Source: Felis catus (lineage: Eukaryota). Taken from it: DNA of 64,000 nt. This document shows positions 56,544 through 64,000 of the stretch, piece after piece. Under the pieces are notes generated by a model. That model was not told the origin of the DNA. It did not search any database and worked only from the letters and a program-made list of their open reading frames with translations. The stretch's first letter is position 1. Each line of letters opens with the position of its first letter. The position numbers were made by a program, and so were the translations under genes. The DNA is taken from assembly GCF_018350175.1 (NCBI RefSeq), contig NC_058368.1, positions 102,364,001 through 102,428,000 on the forward strand. The letters run 5' to 3'.

Positions 56544-58343
56544 AAGAAGTGTTCTTTAGAACGTCTGCCCATTCTGGTTTCCAGTTGGGGTGGCTTTTTT
56601 CCATCCGCGAGAAGGCTGATGTTGTGACCGAGCCCAGGTCGCAACCGGCCTGAAATTGAGCTGAAGTCAGTCGCTGGACCACTCTTGTGAGCCACCTGGC
56701 ACCCCCTTACTGACACGGATTTTCATTCAGAGCACTTTGAAGTTCCAAAAGAAAATCCACATTTTTTGTTTCTTATGGGGGGTGGGGGTGGGGGGATAAA
56801 AGCAAAAAAAAAAAAAAACAGTCATGTCACCAAATTTGTATTATTTTACTGTCAAAGATCACCAAGTCCAACTACGTGGGCACTCCCTTGTCTCGATCAA
56901 TATCTAATTCCCTAAGGGATTTGCAGTGGGGGGGGGGGGGGGGGGGGGAATAGAACCACGTATAAAAATTAGATGGTAAGACACAGAAGGAAAGTGCCTC
57001 CTTGAGATACTCCAACAGCTTCACTAAGGCTTCCCTCATTCTTTTCTCTCTCTTTCTGGACTCCTTCTGTTCTCTGTTTTCCTTCACCTTAGGTATATGC
57101 ATCCCTTAAGACTCCGGAATCTTGGATTGACTATCTGTACAGCTTCTGACCCTCAGGAATGCGATGCTAAGTAAATGCCCCAATGGATCTCCCGCACAAC
57201 CCAATAGGCAAGAGTGAGTGTGATCCCTGCTACCGTTTCTCCTCCCTATTCCTTCTCCTCCCCACATACCGAGGGACCGAGAGGTTCCTTCCCTCAAGAC
57301 TCACCCTCCTAAAGAATGGAGACTTACAGCCCTGGCTTTCCATAGGAGGGCCACGACTAACTTCAGCTGCCTTCCGCTAAAACTGAACGCATCCCTTCAA
57401 ACCCACGCTTAAACAACAGCACAAAAATCTCCCCACTCTCTCAAGACACCCGTTGGCCCCAAGCCTCAAGAGGTGACGTCTTATTTCATTTCTGGCTTGC
57501 CTCCCCAAGCCCCAGGGATTGCTTTCGGTACATCCGGCATGGACTCACCTCTCCGTGTCTCCTTAACATTAACTTAGATCTCTTGGCCCCCGATGGACCA
57601 CCACACGCTGTTGAGGGCTACCTGTTTCTGATACCCAACTGCCAGGTAGAACTTCCTCACGCCCTCAGTCAATATGACAGCAGCTCAAGGGCCAGAAATG
57701 TCTCCCTCCTGCCAGTAACCGTAAATCCCACTCCCAGCTTTTACAGTGGTCGCTCCTAATCTGTCCTGCGTAATTTTCCATGCCCCTAAACCTGGCCAGG
57801 GCTCTAAGGGGCCCAAAGCTTAACCCCTACGGCTCGGGCTTACCCTCGTCTCTCTGGGAACACCCTCCCTCTACCTCTCGAGCCCACACGTTTACGTTCC
57901 TCAAGCACCACTTTCTCAAGAATCTTCTCCAAAGCAACCGCATCTCACAAGGTTTCCTCTTCCCTACAACCCTTGAGGCTAACCACGTGTCGCGTATCAC
58001 GCTGTCCATACATAAATTCAGCCCCTGCCTCAAATCTCAAATTATGAAACACGCCCACACACACGTATTGTAACACTAACTCACATAGTGAGACACTTAG
58101 TCCACTTTCGATGGTCTCTCTGGCCTTCCAAATCAATCAAAGAGAACATTTTAATTCGGCACCAGAAAGCCCTTCCTGCTTTTCTCAAACTAACATCTCC
58201 TTTTTGAGAGAAAAAGCAACAGGCCTCCCGCTCTCAGATCCTTTTTAGCCCCGAGTGTCTAAAAAAACCATAGTCTGGTCATCACAGTTTTTGTGTTGAC
58301 TCTCCTACTTGGGACACAGGATGTCCTGTTTCCCCTTGTAATA

Positions 58344-58423
58344 GTTTTATTCAGATAAAACCACTGGGGATAAATCGTTTTATTCAGATAAAACTATTGG
58401 GGATAAAAATTCAGATAAAACTA
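58344..58423 (+). repeat. Degenerate tandem repeat (~33-bp unit, ~2.5 copies) containing GATAA motifs
   Basis: attcagataaaac three times, ggggataaa twice. Confidence 0.85.
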
Positions 58424-60421
58424 AAAGGGAATCACTCTCCCTTTTTTTTTTTTTTTTGTTTTTCCATTTAGCAAATTTTGAAAAGTTTTTCCCAGTTTGA
58501 GAATTTTGGATTCACAGATGACTGACGTATCGGAAATAACGCTCTAAAAGATACCCTGGCTAAAATTCTTTATCTCTAAACCTGGTGATCACCTTTGGCC
58601 CAGACCTGTGCACACAATCAGTGATGCAAAGGTGGGCAGGTTAGCACTAGCTCTGGAGGCAAGGGGGGAACAGGAAGGAGATGGTCTGGACAATGCACCT
58701 GCAAGAAAGACCGCACCTTCATCAATACACAAGTCCGTCATAAACCTCCTCCAAGATCGAGACAAGGCTCCCGGGCAGTAGCCTCACTGACTGCCATTCT
58801 GGAACTTGCCTCCAGTTCCTGATTTCCCCCCCCCCCCCGCCCCCCACCAAGTAAGAACACGGAGTAGCTGCAGAAGAGGCAGACCATGAACTTCATTCCA
58901 GACCCACCCACATCCAATGCCCTGCACCTCACTTTATCTAAATGCACCTCAACATCACCAAGCTGATTATTTCCACTTATCATTGAGCTCCATATAAAAC
59001 GGACAGGCCACTGCTACAATCCGGCACTCTTGAATGTTAGCAGAAACTCATGTAAATTCCTGGTCTTAGGAATTCCTGAGGAATTCGGACCAGGGAAATC
59101 CCAGGACACGTTAACCGGAACGCACCAAAGAAATAATTACACCGAAATTCCTTTGTTATCTATCAATATCAATTGCCAGGCACTCCATCAGCTTGGGGAT
59201 AAACCCGCGACCCCGATCTGTCAATTGTTACGTGCTAAAAGAGATAAGATAAAACAATGGATTCCCATTTGGGCAGAAGCCGGCTCTTGTCTTTGTGGTC
59301 AACAACATACTGCACTAAGTCCTGTTATCGCTCAGTAGGGATCCGGGAGGGATTAAGGGTTGAGGTTCGAATTCCAAGACATGGATTCCAAACAGAAGTG
59401 GTAGGAGAAACAAAAATAACAGAAACAAGAGTGAAAGACGGTTCCAAATGTTAGTAATGGCATCCGCAAGGGAGCAAGGTGAAGTCCAGAAGTCAATGAG
59501 GAGAATTATGGCAAGAAGACCTGGAATGAAGCCACCCACGCTAATTGCCTTCAGTCAAGACGACAGGTGCTAAGACAAAAACACCACAAATCACTTAAAC
59601 GATTGCACAACAAGTTGATTATGTAAAGCATTTCTGATGGTCTTATAAATATGTACAGATGTATCAAAATTAGCACACATTTAATTCTTCGAAACGACCT
59701 CTTCAACTTTGCAAGAATCCAGGTGGCCCCTAAGAATAAGGCCGGGAGACTCCAGGGTCGTAAGCCTGTCTGGTGTGGTCTCCCAACGACCTGGGTCACC
59801 ACACTGACGCTGGCAAACAGCCAGGGTGGAAGCGAAGTAACCAGCTACTTTGACATTTTTCATTTTGTATTTTCAGTAAAAACTGTGCACGCGTGTCTTT
59901 TGGAAACAATATTCACATACCACATGTGAATATGTTAGGGATAAATCAAAATCTTACTTACTTAAAATAAGGCAACGGAAAACTTTCTCTGTCACCAAGA
60001 CAGCTGCGTTACAACTTCTAAATTCAGACTCATTGCTCTGAAATACCACCCGTATTAGAAAATCGAGTACATGCTCCTAATAATAAATACAATAAAGAGT
60101 TATATCAGCAGTCGCTCACAATGACTTACCAAGTATACCCCAGATCTTAAGATACACACTGTATTTCAAAATCCCTCTTTGGTAAACAAGGTCACACAGG
60201 GCAGAGTCCTAAGCTCCCAAGATATGAGTCAGCCAATACCACTTAAGTATTTTCATAAAGTGTATAATAAAGAACTTTCTATTAATAGTGATGGCAAACT
60301 ACACGCCCAGACGACAGACACGGACGTCCATGCTTACCCATAATCATAACCAACCGAGGCTGAGCCTCCGACATTTTTTACGTATTCGCAGACACCTTTA
60401 AAACAACACGGATCGTGTTTA

Positions 60422-60460
60422 GATTTCACAATTGTTGATTTCACAATTGTTGATTTCACA
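60422..60460 (+). repeat. 15-bp tandem repeat x2.6 (gatttcacaattgtt)
   Basis: Perfect copies read directly. Confidence 0.92.
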
Positions 60461-60668
60461 GCCGGAAGTTACCTTGACGACGCCACTGCCCGGAAAAGCC
60501 AGGATCCAAGGAAGTTTGGGTTCAAACATCGCAGCCGTAGGCTCTAGGTTCACTAGCACGTGACTTTGGACACAGTCCTCAGCTGTCCCCAGCTTCCGTA
60601 AGAGACCGCACAGCTGACCGTGGCCACCTTCTAGGGCCCTTCGGAAGAGAGAAGCTTTCGGGTGTGGG

Positions 60669-60702
60669 GAGCCTGCACCGTTCCCGAGCCTGCACCGTTC
60701 CC
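60669..60702 (+). repeat. 17-bp tandem duplication (gagcctgcaccgttccc)
   Basis: Two perfect copies. Confidence 0.92.
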
Positions 60703-60923
60703 GGCACAGAGCACGGGCGTCACACACACGGGCCACCCTCAGCAGCCTTATCAACAACAGCTGCGTTTAGCCCCGGAGGGTAAAAAGACTTGACCGACTT
60801 CGAGCAGTTAATAAGCCAGGGAGTCAGGGCTTCCCTCAGGTTTCCTGAGTTTTCATCCAGGGCTCTTACCACTTAACCACGGCTGCCTCTAATGGGTCAT
60901 CTTGTTTTAGAGATCACATTTCT

Positions 60924-61149
60924 TTTTTTTTTTTTTAATTTTTTTTAACGTTTATTTATTTTTGAGACAGAGAGAGACAGAGCATGAACAGGGGAGGGGC
61001 AGAGAGAGGGGGAGACACAGAATCCGAAACAGGCTCCAGGCTCTGAGATGTCAGCACAGAGCCCGACGCAGGGTTCGAACTCACGGACCGCGAGATCATG
61101 ACCTGAGCTGAAGTCGGACGCTTAACCGACTGAGCCACCCAGGCGCCCC
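60924..61149 (-). mobile_element. Felid SINE, intermediate/young type
   Basis: TSD tagagatcacatttct at 60908-60923 and 61150-61165. Confidence 0.96.
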
Positions 61150-61312
61150 TAGAGATCACATTTCTAAGAGATTGATTAACGTGCCCAGAAGCCACAGGAA
61201 CCGTGTGTGACGTCAGATGCAGTCGCACTTGAACGGGGTCCTTAAGCCCGTGAGAGAAAGTCCTCTTGTGTTCCACTGCTTTGATTATGACACAGCTAAA
61301 CAGACCCTGAGA

Positions 61313-61530
61313 GGGGCGCCCGGGTGGCTCAGTCGGTTAAGCGTCCGGCTCCGGCTCAGGTCATGATCTCAGGGTTCGTGAGTTCAAGCCCGTGTCGGGC
61401 TCCGTGCTTGAGAGCTCAGCACCTGGAGCCTGCTTCCCATTCTGTGTCTCCCTCTCTCTCTCTGTCCTTCCCCTACTCACACTCCCACTCCATCTCTCTC
61501 TCTCTCAAAAATAAACAAACATTAAAAAAT
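61313..61530 (+). mobile_element. Felid SINE, intermediate type
   Basis: TSD taaacagac(c/t)ctgaga. Confidence 0.92.
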
Positions 61531-62177
61531 ACAGTAAACAGACTCTGAGAAATTTCAGACCTGGGAACATGCGCCCGCAGGGACACGCAGGTCTGGCACA
61601 GGCTCCTAGTCACAGGCTTGGTCAGGTGTCAGGCAGGGCACAGTCACCAGCACACAAGCATGTTTTATTTAGGATACCTCAAAAAGCCAGCCAAGTGGCA
61701 AATGTGGACATCTGTGCTACACTGCGGCCGCCCTGGTTTTCAGTCTAATCTGTCAAGATAACCATTTCCCCATTCTCTTAAACAAACACAGACTTCCTTG
61801 TTTAAACACCATAACAGTTCCACCAGAAGACACAGCTTTTCATCATTCTGTGTTAAGGACGCTGGCAAGGGTCTGAGAAGAGAATCAAAACATCTTACAC
61901 GTAAACTGGCTGATTTTGCTGCTTTACACATCCCAGGAAATGGGAGGGAGAAACCCGAAGATCCAGATAAAAGAATCGCATCGGAGGAGAAGCGATAGTG
62001 AGTTTTTAAAGGGGAATTGAATTAGAAATGCAATCGCGAGCCCAGTTCAGCTTCTAAAAGAAACAAGAAAAAGAAACCGGGTCAGGTTTTCGTGTTTCTT
62101 CTGCAAAAAGCCTCAAGTTCAGCAAATGTAAGTGCATGGCTCCCACTGCTCTGTATACATTTATAACAACAACAGTA

Positions 62178-62390
62178 GGGGCGCCTGGGTGGCTCCGTCG
62201 GTTGAGCGTCCGACTTCGGCTCGGGTCATGATCTCACGGTTCGTGAGTTCGAGCCCCATGTCGGGCTCTGTGCTGACAGCTCAGAGCCTGGAGGCCGCTT
62301 CGGATTCTGTGTCTCCCTCTTTCTCTCTCCTCCCCCCCTCATGCTCTGTCTCTCTCTTCTCAAAAATAAATAAACATTAAAAAAAAAAAA
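62178..62390 (+). mobile_element. Felid SINE, intermediate type
   Basis: Full copy with A tail. Confidence 0.93.
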
Positions 62391-62799
62391 AACGGTAATG
62401 CTTGAGCAGGATGCTGTCCTCAGGAAAGCTGTTTAAACGGGAGCAAGGTTGCTTCACCACCGACTCAAACCCTCTTGAAAGCCCGTGAGTAGAAAGCTCT
62501 GTCACAACACGGTGTGCATTCTTTTCCTTGAGGAGGCTTCGAGGTCATTTCCTAATATTTGAGACTAGAAACGTGAAGGGGGGGGAGGGGACCTTCACGG
62601 CGGAATGAGCGAGAATTTTGACAAGGCCGATGTTCAGGATGTGTTTCAGCCTCACGACTCGCGATTTCATTTGCAAGATATCCAAAACTCACTCTGAAAC
62701 GGGAGGAAGATAAAACTTACGCGAAATGCTGATACGCTTCCTACTCCGACAAAAATGGGGGTAACCCAAACCCTACGAGGGCCGTGCTTGAGTGTAGTT

Positions 62800-63262
62800 C
62801 AAGTGCAAGCTGGGAGATCTGGGGTTCACATTCTGGTTCGGTGGCATAACTGCATGATCTCGCAGGAGTTGATAACCCTCTTGGAGCCTTGGTTGTGTTT
62901 TGTTTTGGTTTTGGCTTTTTTACCTGTCACGTGGGGATAAAAATAGCTTAGAGAGTACTTGTGAAGATTAAAAGAGATTTGCAATAGTAAGTGCTTAATA
63001 AATTTAGCAATTTTTTTTTAATGTTTATTTACTTTGAGAGATAGAAACCGAGTGGGGGGAGGGGAGAGAAAGAGAGGGAGAGAGAGAATCCCAAGAAGGT
63101 TCCACACCATCAGCCCAGAGCCCGATGCGGCACTTGATCTCAGGAAATATGAGATCGTGACTTGAGCCGGAATCAAAAGTCGGATGCTGAACCCACTGAG
63201 CCACCCAAGCGCCCCAATAAAGTTAGCAATTGTTAAGTGAAGCGTCCGCTAACACCTACCAT
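62800..63262 (+). mobile_element. MIR interrupted by a SINE
   Basis: gatctggggttcacattctgg...aaccctcttggagccttgg...acctgtcacgtggggataaaaatag...ttgtgaagattaaa...gtaagtgcttaataaa. Confidence 0.65.
63013..63215 (-). mobile_element. Older Can-SINE
   Basis: TSD aataaa(t/g)ttagcaatt. Confidence 0.9.
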
Positions 63263-63809
63263 TATGGGATAATGTTCTGACTGGCATATAATTCAAGTTA
63301 ATAGACCTTCCATATAACATGAGCATGTCCAGCTTCACAAAATTTCTAAATAATTTAACTCAGAAATTATAAACCTGTGTAAGAAATACCATGCTCTGAG
63401 TGTCGACCCCATGTTCAACTCCTTATGGAGAAAGTGGCCGGAATTTGCAACAGTTGTCAGAGCCATCCCAGCACAGCTGGCTGGGCCACGTTCCCTGGAC
63501 GCGGGTGGGACCCCGTCTCTAAGCTCTGGCATGGGGTCATCTTGCAGACTATGGTCTGACCCATAGACGGCTGGAGGAAACTAGTAGGTTGGGATCAGCC
63601 GACCCTATGGTGTCTTCCCCTTGAACGACAAAGTCAGCGTCCATGAGAACAGTGGTATCAAAGACCAATAGAAGCCGACTAAAGTTATTTGACCGTGATG
63701 GAAAAATCCTGAACTTGGGGAGCAACAGAGGCCTTTGCGGAGAACACGAGAAGACGAAGCCAACAGAGTTGAAAATTCTGGCTCTCCACCAGCCCTGGCC
63801 AGGTGTAAA

Positions 63810-64000
63810 GGACATTTTTTAAATCATCCTTTATTTCTTCATGAATCCTTACAACATCCTAATGGAGGCATCTGGAATATATATTGGCTGCCTTGAGACT
63901 CGAGTCTTCAGTGTGTCATTTTATCTCTGATGAGTCAGGAGGCACCGAAAGATGTCAAAACACTTGAGGGTCACAATTACTCACATTAGTTCCCGTAGGA
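63810..64000 (-). mobile_element. MIR-like fragments
   Basis: ttcatgaatccttacaacatcctaatggagg...cattttatctctgatgag...cttgagggtcacaa. Confidence 0.5.

Noticed and set aside
59909..59933. 10-bp hairpin atattcacat-accac-atgtgaatat
   Set aside because: Too short for a pre-miRNA or MITE; plausible by chance in AT-rich DNA
1..64000. tRNA genes, CRISPR arrays or prokaryote-style defence systems
   Set aside because: A/B-box sequences are all tRNA-derived SINE heads; no repeat-spacer array; the DNA is mammalian and non-coding

Overview
Mammalian, almost certainly felid (cat-lineage) non-coding DNA. It holds about 49 tRNA-derived carnivore SINEs (Can-SINE/SINEC_Fc family) of several ages, many with intact target-site duplications (TSDs). 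Also present: young and ancient L1 fragments, MIR/L2 remnants, MaLR and ERV1-type solo LTRs, MER58/MER5/Tigger2-type DNA transposons, microsatellites and a decayed UBA52 (ubiquitin-eL40) processed pseudogene at ~38.55-39.0 kb. I found no convincing intact protein-coding exon, RNA gene or CRISPR array; most listed ORFs are SINE- or L1-derived or chance. The window looks like a large intron or a regulatory intergenic region. L1 orientation, A/C-rich runs on + and two strong minus-strand splice acceptors weakly suggest a minus-strand host gene, which I cannot name. I see no evidence of a new gene system. The notable signals are retrotransposition and recombination footprints (five-layer nest, tailless SINE, chimeric SINE without TSD, L1 joined at the homologous point of an older L1, AT-to-GC-skewed SINE), a 64-bp microsatellite palindrome, candidate enhancers in SINE-free islands and a recursive-splice-like motif. 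Repeat subfamily names are from memory of consensus sequences and need RepeatMasker/Dfam confirmation.
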